A stretch of DNA of 64,000 nt from a virus. Lineage: Duplodnaviria > Heunggongvirae > Uroviricota > Caudoviricetes. The translations under genes were made by a program, and so were the position numbers. Position 1 is the stretch's first letter. Each line of letters opens with the position of its first letter. This document shows positions 13,211-22,872 of this stretch, piece after piece. Location of the stretch: IMG/VR virus record IMGVR_UViG_3300028048_000050, positions 83,494-147,493 of that record. One strand, written 5' to 3'. The notes under the pieces are model-generated. The model saw only the letters and a program-made list of their open reading frames with translations. It did no database searches and was not told the DNA's origin.

Positions 13211-13920
13211 CAAGTACAGAAATAGCAGCAGCTAGTAAAGTAATGTTAGGTACTACCGAAGCTGTTGCAATGTATATAGGTAGTACTAAAATTTGGGAAT
13301 AGCAAACAGGACCTGTAGGTAGATTACCCCAAGGATATACGGAATTAGAATATATATCATCTACTTCATCAGGAGGATAGTATATAGATTTAGATATTCT
13401 TTTGTATGATGTATTAAATAAGAATTATGATATTGCTATTAAGTTTAAAGCTAAAGGTCCTGGATAGGATAATACTACCCAAGGCACTATTTTTGGATGC
13501 CAAGATAATACAGGTTCGCCATGGCCTGGAACATTTATAAGAATATCTAATAGTGATGTTCCAGGTAGATATATAGGCGGTAGTGGAAAAGATAATATAT
13601 TAGGACAAGTTGGTAATATAATAGAATTAGCAGAAAAAACATCTCCTGATAAAAACGTTTACGACTACAATAATAGTGGAAGAACTCATACTTGGGGTAC
13701 TTCATTATTCTGTATATTTAATAGCCAAAATAAAACTAATAGAATTAGATATATCGAAGCAGATTTATATTATTTTAAACTGTTTGTAGAAGGAACATTA
13801 GTAAGAGACATGATTCCTTGTAAAAATTCTAATGATGTTGTCGGATTATATGATTTAGTGAATAATGTATTTTATGCATCTCCAAATGGTGCATTGTTTG
13901 TAGCAGGACCTACAGTCTAA
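13207..13920 (+). CDS. putative receptor-binding/fibre-tip protein, 237 aa
   Basis: ATGA overlap. 'LPQGYTELEYISSTSSGGQYIDL' and 'LVRDMIPCKNSNDVVGLYDLVNNVFY' are motifs of a lectin/LamG-like phage domain. Ends TAA 13918-13920. Confidence 0.8.
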
Positions 13921-13926
13921 TTATAG

Positions 13927-13968
13927 AAATAGTCAGAAATGTCTTTTTAGATGTTTCTGGCTATTTTT
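13927..13968 (+). terminator. rho-independent terminator
   Basis: aaatagtcagaaatgtct-tttt-agatgtttctggctattt hairpin (with G-U pairs) plus T-run. Confidence 0.75.
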
Positions 13969-14009
13969 GTTTTACTCTAAATTTTTTTAATAAATTCTAA
14001 TACTTATTT

Positions 14010-14120
14010 AAAACGTTACTAAATGTAAGTAGCTGATTATCAATTAGTTACAAAATATTTAGTAACGTTTTCTCATTTATAGACCTCTAAATAAATTAGT
14101 ATCAGTTGCAACTAGATACT
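14010..14120. promoter_or_regulatory. nested inverted repeats upstream of the accessory operon
   Basis: Perfect 15-bp IR aaaacgttactaaat (14010-14024) / atttagtaacgtttt (14057-14071) around an imperfect inner palindrome. A second hairpin agtatc-agttgcaact-a-gatact lies at 14098-14120. Confidence 0.55.
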
Positions 14121-14154
14121 TTATTTAAAATTTAAAATTTAAAATTATTTATTT

Positions 14155-15129
14155 ATGTCTGAAACAAAAGTTTTTAATGTTCCTGATGGAAATAACAGTA
14201 TTAATCCCGCTTTAATGATGGCACTTTCTCAAAATGGGGGTTTCGGTAATGGAATGGCTTGGTTATGGCCTATGTTTATGTTTATGATGTTCCCTTGGCT
14301 ATTCAATGGTGGATTTGGAGGCTTTGGAGGCTTCGGTGGAGCAGGAAATGTTATGGGTACAGGATTCTTATCAAATCAATTAAACAACGATGCTGGTAGA
14401 GATTTACTTTTACAAGCTATTAATGGTAGATCAGATTCTTTAAATCAATTAGCAGGTATTCTTAATACTAGTGTTAGTCAAGTACAAAATGGTGTTAATG
14501 CTATTTAGACAGCAATTTAGAGTGTTGGTGCTCAAGTAGGTATGTCTGGACAGCAAGTTATTAATTCTATTCAGAATGGTAATGCTGCTCTTAGTCAGCA
14601 ATTATGTAATTGTTGCTGCGAAAATAGATTAGCTATTGCAAACCAGACTAATGCTATTTAGGCTCAAGCTGCTGCTAATCATTCTGATGCAATATTACTA
14701 GCTTCTCAAAATCATGCTGCTGATCAGTTACAGAATGCTCAGATTGAAGCTGCAGATCAATTAGCGGTTTGTTAGCAAACTAATACTCTTAGTTCACAAA
14801 ATGAGAGAAATACTAATAGTATTCTTAATGCTATTGCTGGTCAGAATACTCTTATTACAAAAGAGTTCTGTGATCTTAAAGAAAGAGAATTATAGAATAA
14901 GATTAATACTCAAGGTGATATAATTACTCAGTTAAGAAATCAGATTAGTAATGATCATCAGACTTTACAGTTTAATGCTGCTTTCCATGCATTAGATGAT
15001 AAGATTGATGCTATAGCTGCTAAACAACCTAATACAGTACCTGTTCAGTGGCCTAATATTATAGCTGCAAATGCTACTCCTTATATTGGAGGAGCTTGGG
15101 GCTATGGACAAACTAATTTTTGGAATTAA
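14155..15129 (+). CDS. Gly-rich/hydrophobic N-terminus, Gln/Asn-rich coiled-coil protein with CNCCC motif, 324 aa
   Basis: Extends ORF 14155..14508 through TAGs to TAA 15127-15129. 'WLWPMFMFMMFPWLFNGGFGGFGGFGG', 'QQLCNCCCENRLAIANQTN' and 'EFCDLKERELQNKI'. Confidence 0.85.
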
Positions 15130-15147
15130 TTTATAGGAGGATTGAAT

Positions 15148-15486
15148 ATGTTTGGAGCAACAACTAATTACCCTTTTAATTTTGCAAATAAAATGGGAAT
15201 ACCTATGATTGAAAGTAGTTCAGTAAATGTTACAGATACTAATGTAGTAATAAATATTCCAAATAGAGCCTTCAGATTTCTTAGTGGAACTGGACTTATT
15301 CTATTTAGATTAAATACTGAAATTACTAATACCGCACTTCCCATACTATTCTCTTCTAATGAATTTACTCAACCACTTACATTAGTAGGAGGAGCAGCTG
15401 CTACTGGAACAGATTTTTCTGCTGTTGGTATTTATATCATTTATTATGATAAAAATGCTAACTTAATGTAGTTAATTAATATCTAA
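15148..15486 (+). CDS. hypothetical protein, 112 aa
   Basis: GGAGG upstream. Reads through TAG 15469 to TAA 15484-15486, which overlaps the next ATG. Confidence 0.8.
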
Positions 15487-15950
15487 TGTTTTCAGCTTTA
15501 TCTCAAGGAAGTTCTGTCTATATATTAGACAAAACTTCCTCTCCTAAATATTCCATAGGAGAAGTGGTAGGAGTAAGCTAGCCAAAAATAAACTATAATG
15601 GTTAGTCTACTGTAGATTTAAGAGTTAATGTGGATAATACTACACAGGAATTCAGTAATTTATTAAGTATCAATAGTATAAACACTTATAATGGAGGAAA
15701 AATTGTTATTAGTGAAACTAAACAAGGAATCCAAAATGAAGTAGAATCTATATTAGAAAATAGTAGAAAAATTGTTAATAATATAGATGTATATAAGCAA
15801 AATATTGTTGATTGTGAAAATATTCTTAAAGAGTTAAATCCACAGTTTGCAATAGATAAAGAAAGAGACGAAAGATTAACAAGTTTAGAAAATAGATTTG
15901 ATGGTTTTGAGTCTAAGTTGGATAAAATATTTAATTTAGTATAGAAATGA
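15486..15950 (+). CDS. hypothetical protein with C-terminal coiled coil, 154 aa
   Basis: TAATG overlap start (MFSALSQGSSVYILDK). Includes ORF 15630..15944. TGA overlaps the next ATG. Confidence 0.8.
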
Positions 15951-16162
15951 TTGTATTAGAATTTACAGAGGATAAATTTGGAAAAGCTATGAAAGCTATT
16001 TCTGAAATAGGAAAACATTCAGAGTGTCTTGCTGCTATATTTGAAGACTTATCTGAAGATTCTGAATACGGGGAAAGAAGTAGACATCACAAAGAGTATG
16101 ACGATGATGATATGTACGGTTCTCGTTATGGTATGCGCCGTGGCGGCAGACGTTCTTATTGA
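15947..16162 (+). CDS. small hypothetical protein, acidic then Arg/Gly-rich tail (YGMRRGGRRSY), 71 aa
   Basis: ORF track, ATGA overlap. Confidence 0.8.
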   Translation: MIVLEFTEDKFGKAMKAISEIGKHSECLAAIFEDLSEDSEYGERSRHHKEYDDDDMYGSRYGMRRGGRRSY

Positions 16163-16164
16163 TA

Positions 16165-16560
16165 ATGATTAGAACATCACTAAATCAATATGACGATAGA
16201 CCTACTACAATGAAACGTTATTTAAAATACTTTGGACAACACTTTAATAAAAAGTTATGTTATTTTGCTATATCTAAAATGGATCATGGTAAAACTCCAG
16301 TAACTAAAGAATAGGTTGATGAAGTATTAAAAAGACATGGAATAACTTTAAAGAATAATGAACTTTATGATTATGTCTATGTTTATAATATGGGAAATAA
16401 TGATTTCATGGGTAGTAGCATTGCTGATGAAAAACATTTAGCAATGTATGTCAAAGATGTTATAGATGATAAGGATGGATATGATGGAATAGTTTTTAAT
16501 AGATGGTATGCTGATACAGTAGTACAAGGAGTTCCAGTTGAATGGGATGAAATGTTATGA
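16165..16560 (+). CDS. hypothetical protein, 131 aa
   Basis: One internal TAG. 'YLKYFGQHFNKKLCYFA...YDYVYVYNMGNNDF...FNRWYAD...VEWDEML'. Confidence 0.8.
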
Positions 16561-16952
16561 TTATAGATAAATTTATTATTTATAATTGGGAAATAACAGT
16601 ATTATATGAATGTACTTGTGATGATATTGATTTTATAATAGATGCTTTATAGGATATTAATTGTCCTAATAAATATATAAAAGAAGCTCTACATAATTTA
16701 CAAACTTGTAATTTAAATATAGGCTTAACGTATTCAAATACACAATTAAAAAGTTCTGTTATAGTTGTTAATAAAACAAGTTCATTTTCTCAACTAATAA
16801 ATACTATAGCTCACGAATATTACCATCTTATCTGTCATATATCTAAAATGTTAGAAATAGAAGATGAAGAAGAACTAGCTTACTTAAATGGTGATTTAAA
16901 TATGCGTTCTTATAATATTATTAAAAAGTTAGAAAATAAAGTAGGTTCTTAA
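16557..16952 (+). CDS. putative zinc metallopeptidase-like protein (HExxH), 131 aa
   Basis: ATGA overlap. 'NTIAHEYYHL' followed by 'EEELAYLNG'. One TAG. Confidence 0.7.
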
Positions 16953-16970
16953 TAAGAATCTACTTTTTTT
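16938..16970 (+). terminator. rho-independent terminator
   Basis: aaagtaggttctt-aat-aagaatctacttt plus T-run, overlapping the stop of the HExxH gene. Confidence 0.8.
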
Positions 16971-17027
16971 TGTTTTATACCTAATTATGAGTATTTTTAA
17001 ATAAACAGTTTTAAAATAGTAAAGATT

Positions 17028-17114
17028 ATGGCAAGACCAAAACCAATGTCAGCTAAGATGAATCCAATGGGACCAATCCGTAAAAAAGGAGGAAAAATTG
17101 GAAAGAAATCTTAA
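17028..17114 (+). CDS. 28-aa basic peptide MARPKPMSAKMNPMGPIRKKGGKIGKKS
   Basis: ATG preceded by an A-rich leader. Carries the KKGG motif shared with cargo-like genes. Below the ORF-track size cut-off. Confidence 0.55.
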   Translation: MARPKPMSAKMNPMGPIRKKGGKIGKKS

Positions 17115-17478
17115 ATATAAAGGATTTCTGATTATATTAAAGTATATTCCGCATATAAATGCCTTATGTTATATGATTTATACTTTATTATGTTTTGCGG
17201 GAATAGATCCATTAATATTAGGACAATTAACTAAAATGTCTTTATTTTCTTGGTCGTTTATGTTTTTAACTTCTATAATATTTAGATATTGTTATGTACA
17301 TAGACTTCCATTATATTATATTGCGGTTAATGAATTCCTAGTAAATTTAGATTATTATGTAGGAATACCAGTTGATGATACTAAATTATTATTAATACAC
17401 TTAACTGTTATAATGAGTTTAATTTATGGGTATTCTTATTATTATGTTAAACATAAGTTAAAATGGGAAGATTTATAA
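17098..17478 (+). CDS. small membrane protein, 126 aa
   Basis: ORF track (TTG start). Three to four hydrophobic segments. Confidence 0.7.
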   Translation: MERNLKYKGFLIILKYIPHINALCYMIYTLLCFAGIDPLILGQLTKMSLFSWSFMFLTSIIFRYCYVHRLPLYYIAVNEFLVNLDYYVGIPVDDTKLLLIHLTVIMSLIYGYSYYYVKHKLKWEDL

Positions 17479-18401
17479 CGTATATCGGATCACCATGCTC
17501 AGCAATGAGAAAAGCACAGTAGAAGTAGAAGGAACAGGAAGAACAAAAACCTATCTATGTTCCTAAAGTTGGAGATATTTTAGTACATAATTCAAATACT
17601 AATGAAGATAAAGTAGTTCCTTATGCAGAATGGTTACAACTAGGAGACTCTTGGGATATTACAGGTATATATGGAGTAACAACTTACGAGGAAGGAGATG
17701 CTGAATATGGTTATTATGTAATTATGTCTAACGGAACCACTTTAATTATTAATCCTGATGATTATGATAAAGTAAACAATAATTGGGAACAAGTTGATAC
17801 AATTACTTTTGATGAAGTTGATTTAGGTTTACCATCTGGAACTATCTGGTCTACAAAAAATGTAGGAGCAATAGATCCTTATACACGTGGTTAGTATTTC
17901 TCTTGGGGAAACCTTGAAGGATATGTAGCCTCTTATAATGAAGGAGATTATTCTGGAGAAATAGTTGGATATAGCTTTATTTAGAGTAACTATGAATTAA
18001 CTGATGGTTATTAGTTATCTGGAAGTATTCCAGTAGAAAAAGATGCTGCTACTGATATTATAGGAGGAGAATGGAGAATTCCTACTGATACACAATTCCA
18101 AGAATTATTTGATAATTGTACTATTACTTGGGTAACAAGGAATGGAATAGAAGGTAAATTATTTACATCTAATATTAATGGAAAAACTTTATTCCTTATA
18201 AACAATGGTTATGGTAACGCAACTACTTTGGACTCTCCTAAGTATTAGGCTGCTTATTGGACTAGTACAGAAGATGATATAGATACTAGTAAAGCTTTAG
18301 CGTTTGCCCTTAGTACTTCTATTCTTGATAGTTTAAATACAGTTCACCCAGAAGACAAGAGATTTGGATTTGGTATTAGACCTGTTAAAGTCTCAGCTTA
18401 A
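17463..18401 (+). CDS. protein with Bacteroidota 'VDLGLPSG' lectin-like (DUF1566/Fib_succ_major-related) C-terminal domain, 312 aa
   Basis: 'EVDLGLPSGTIWSTKNVGA...GQYFSWG' (Q=TAG), 'WRIPTDTQFQEL', 'YWTST' and terminal 'RFGFGIRPV'. Confidence 0.8.
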
Positions 18402-18403
18402 TT

Positions 18404-18688
18404 ATGTTACAATTAATTAAAACTGCTTTAAAATAGTTTATTAATGATATAGACTCTGGAAACACTAATATAAATGAAGAATAGCAACAAGAGTTACTTT
18501 CTTTATTACTTTAGTTTAATTCTAAAGAATTATCTAAAGTGGAAGCTGCTGAATATATTGGTGTTTCTAGAGCTTCTTTTGATAATTATATTAGAAAAGG
18601 ATTAATTCCAAAAGGTCACAAAAGACCCGGTTTTAAAGAACTAAGTTGGAATAAATCTGATCTAGACAAATATCTTAATGAAAAATGA
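18404..18688 (+). CDS. helix-turn-helix DNA-binding protein (AlpA/excisionase-like), 94 aa
   Basis: 'LSKVEAAEYIGVSRASFDNYIRKGLIPKG...W.KSDLDKYL'. Three TAG upstream of the HTH. Confidence 0.8.
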
Positions 18689-18894
18689 ACATGTTTGGAA
18701 GTAGCCAATAGGAACTTGGCTCATTGGATGAAAATTTAATTTTAAATACAGCAGGTAAAGTTAAAATTAGATATGGTAAGAAATTCGTAGATTTATTAAA
18801 TGATAAAGGAGAGTTGAATTTTCCTCAAGAAATATTGTAGAGAATAACAGCTCTTGAAAATGAGATAAAAACATTAAAAGAAAAAATAAAATAA
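18685..18894 (+). CDS. small hypothetical protein, 69 aa
   Basis: ATGA overlap. 'LILNTAGKVKIRYGKKFVDLL' plus a short coiled coil. Confidence 0.7.
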
Positions 18895-18895
18895 T

Positions 18896-21730
18896 ATGGA
18901 ACGTTTAGATTTATTAGAAAAAATATATTAGTATGGAGAGACTCTTTCTAGTGAAGAGATGAACTAGATTGTATCTTACATAAATATCATAATAGACGCT
19001 ATTAATTCCCTTATTAGAAATAATAACGGTGTTAGAAGTGACCATTGTGAAATGAGATACATATTAAGTCCATCACAACCTGAAAAGCCTGCAACAGGTA
19101 CAAACGGTCTTTCTAATGGTTGGTCTAATTTATATTTGTTACCAGAACCTGGAAGTGGTAATTCTACTTGGATGTCCTTATGTATTACATCAGGTGAAAA
19201 TGTATATGGAGAGTGGTCTACACCTATATGTGTACATAGTGGTACAATTACTGGACAACAAGGTCCTAAAGGTGATTCAGGAGAAGTTGGAGCTTTTGTT
19301 AGTAGAGTATTTAAAAGACAAAATACTAAACCAGATCGTCCAGTAGGAGGAACTTATGCTTATCCTATACCTGATGGATGGTATGATGGAGTACCTGAGG
19401 GAGTAGAAATAATTTGGAGTTCTACTTGTACCTTCTATGGTAATGGAACTCAAACATTATGGTCTGAACCTGCTCAAGAATCTGATACTAATACATTAGA
19501 TATAGAATTTAGTCCTAGTGCTTTACAACCTCCAGAACCTATAGGTAATACTCCATTCTCGAATCATGAATCTGAAGGTTGGTACGATCCTAATTCTCCT
19601 AACTTTGGTTCTGCCGGAACGATGATTTGGAGAGCTGAAAGAAAAGTTGCTAATGGAGAATATGATGGAGGATGGACTATTACTAGAATATTTGGAGAAA
19701 AAGGTGAAAAAGGATTACGAGGAGAATCAGGAGGACATTATGAATTTAGATATATAAATTATGTATCTACTGAAGAATATCCTGCTCCTATAAAACCAGC
19801 AGAAGGAACTGATGGTACTTCAGGTGGATGGAGTAGAGAACAACAAGCTTTAACTGAAATAGAAATTAAAGAAGGTACATTCACTTGGATGACTCAATGT
19901 TATCTTGATGAAAATGGTATATATGGAGTTTGGACTGATCCTATTAGGATTACTGGTGCTAATGGTATTGATGGTGAAGATGGTACTGAGCAAGAATTTA
20001 TGTATACCAGAAATAATACGGGAAATATCCCCGATACACCTCCAACAACTCAAAAGAATGAGGCCGCTTTATTTGACGAATTCGGAAGATGGACAGACCC
20101 AAATTCTGGAATTGTTTGGACAGACGATCCACAAGGTGTTGATGATATCTATATGTGGGAATTTGTTACTACCAGGGTAAAAGAAGGAACTATATGGAGT
20201 GCTTGGTCAACTCCTGTTCTATGGGCTAAATGGGGTAAACAGGGTAGAATAGGTCAAATGTCTTATTTAGCTGGAGTTTGGAATCCTGATACTGAGTATA
20301 TAAAAACTGCTGAAAGAAATCCTGTTGTTTATTGGAATAATGATTATTATTATTTAGTAGGAGAATTAACCTTTGAAGGACCAAATAAATATATTACAGA
20401 AATAAAGTCTCGAGGTTAGTAGCCTAATCTTTATCCAAGTGTTTGGGCAAAAGCAGAACACTATAAAATGGTATTTACTGATATTTTATTTGTATTGCAA
20501 TTTGCTAAATTACAATCATTTATTATAAGCGGCGATTGGATGTTTTCTCAAAGTGGTACTTTGTATCTTAGAGATGGAAGTCATGGTGAAGTATATGATA
20601 ATCATCCAACTACTTTGGGCGGTGTAACATACGAAGTAAATACCGCTTATTTATAGTTTGATCCTAGTTATCCTAGTGGAGCTACTCCTTCTAATATTGG
20701 AGTAAGTACTCAACATCCAAATCCTAATTTTGTTCCAGATTTTGCCATCGATGCTTTATCTGGTAGATGCTTCTTCTGGAAAGGATACTTTAAAGGTGAT
20801 GTATATGCTAATTCCTTACATTTAGGTAATACTGATCTTACATAGCTTCCTACTACTATAAATAATATGTCTGCTGAAGTAAGTAGGAAATTAGGTAAAT
20901 AGGTAGGATCTAATTTTAACGTAGATGATAGTGGAATATTAACAGCTCATAATGCTGTGATAGATGGAACTATTATTGCTAGACAAGGTTTATTTGAAGG
21001 AACTGTTCATGCTACAGAATTTAGGGCAGGAAACGTAAATGAATTAAATATATCTGTTTAGGGAAATTCTATAAACTTTAATTACGGAAGTTATACAGGA
21101 GCATGGTTTTCTACTGTTGATCCTAGTGGAAATAACTCTAATAGTTTATATTTATATATTAAAAATCCAGCTAATGACTAGGTATATACTCTTGATTTTT
21201 CTAATTTAACAGCAGTAAGTGGTGGAGGTTCCGTTGCCACACAATAGACTAATTTCTATACAGATGTAGATAATCCTAATTATATATCAAACATATTTAC
21301 AAGTTCTACTGATAATTACTATTATTCTAATTCTAATTTAACTAGTAAATATACTGGAACAGTATATTAGAAAGTTAAGACTGGTTGGGCTATTATCTTA
21401 GATACTTATCATAGTAAATTTGTAGCTCGACAAAATGTTAGCTTCTTTAAGTAGATAGTATTTAATGATGGTTCAATATCTTCAATGACTTCTGATTACT
21501 ATGCATCAGCTGATGTAAGGGGTAATTTAATTAGAATATATGGTACATCTTCGACTGCTCCAAGTTCTAATCAAATCGAAGGTTTAGGTAGCTTAACTTT
21601 TTCCACTTCTGGAGCATATTATGCTACTACAACACCAAGTTCTGGAGGAACAATAACAAGATGTGAAGTAGAGGCAGGACAATATTATGCATCTTTAGTA
21701 GGAAAAGAAAATGTAAGTATGCACGGTTAA
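18896..21730 (+). CDS. tail fibre/spike-like protein, 944 aa
   Basis: ORFs 19052, 20468 and 21485 are in one frame, joined by TAGs (including a tandem TAG TAG at 20417-20422). Repeated 'W..P....G..G..G' units and short collagen-like segments. Confidence 0.85.
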
Positions 21731-21831
21731 TTATTTTATTGAAATATAAAAAATTTTGAAAAAAATAAATTGAAAATAATATTTGTATTATGAAAATTTA
21801 ACATTTTCAATTTAATTAAATTTTATAAAAT

Positions 21832-22860
21832 ATGGCAATAGGAATTGATGATTTAGATGACGACGACATTCTTGAACCTGGTCAATAGGAAGAATTTCAA
21901 GAACCTCCTTTAAATGAACCTCCACATTAGGAGGAAGAAGGAGATTTTATGTCAGATTTTTTAAAGACTAGAGGTATAGATGATTTAAATAGTATTAATT
22001 TTGAGGATGATAATGGAGAAGTAATTCAACGTAGTTGGAACGACTTATCTAATGAAGAAAAAATTAATATCTTAAATATGCCTTTAGAAGAAACACATGA
22101 AGATAATGGTAATGATTTAACAGAAGAGGAAGTAAATTTATTAACACAAATTAGACAAAGTAATTTATCTCCTCAAGAATTTCTACAACAGATTGCTGGA
22201 GAACAAGTAGAAGTTACTCCTCAATATAAAATTGATGATTTATCTGATGATGAAGTATATCTATTAGATTTAGAATCAAGAGTTGGAGAATTATCGGATG
22301 AAGAAGCTGCTGAAGCTTTATCTACTGCTAAATCAAATGAAGATTTTTTCAAGAAACAAATTGAAGGAATTCGTAAAGAGTATAAAGAAAGAGAAGATTT
22401 ACAAGCTCAGCAAGAGGAAGCTCAAAGAGAACAAGAATAGCAGCAAGCTTTTGAAGAATACCAAGCTCAAGTAGTGGATGCTATTAACGGATTTAATTCT
22501 GTTGGTAATTTCGATTTAAACTTTGAAGACGCTGACAGAGAAGAATTAGCTGAGTTTATGTTATCAAGAGATCAGGCTGGAAAGAATTATTTGTTTGAAG
22601 CTTTACAAGATCCAGCAACTCTAACAAGAGCTGCTTGGTTTATTTTAAATGGTGAAGACGCTTTCAATAATATTTCCGACTATTTTGCACAGTAGATAAA
22701 ATTGGTATCTGAAAACCAATACAAGAAGGGTTTGGAAGATGGAAAGAAAGGAGTACAAACTAGACCTACCGTAGTGATAGATAATTCTAATAAAAATAAT
22801 AACAAACAACAACCTCATCGTTCTTATAAAAGCATAAATGATTTAGACGATGATGATTAA
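21832..22860 (+). CDS. acidic protein upstream of the major capsid gene (scaffold-like), 342 aa
   Basis: Joins ORFs 21949 and 22474. Very acidic with a coiled coil. Position immediately 5' of the MCP gene is typical of crAss-like capsid modules. Confidence 0.8.
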
Positions 22861-22872
22861 TGATATTATATT

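Noticed and set aside
17463-18401. Complete DGR system
   Set aside because: Only a target-like domain is present. No template repeat, reverse transcriptase or Avd gene was seen in the window.
21731-21831. Canonical Bacteroidota sigma promoter (TTTG / TAnnTTTG) before the capsid module and at 46361-46463
   Set aside because: Only near matches (aatatttg, aaaatttg) occur in very AT-rich DNA. A shared 'taatattt' core and a weak inverted repeat are not distinguishable from chance by eye.
12437-22474. Alternative-frame + strand ORFs (12437..12634, 19116..19346, 19905..20180, 22283..22474)
   Set aside because: They overlap better-supported genes in another frame and arise from repetitive or low-complexity coding sequence.
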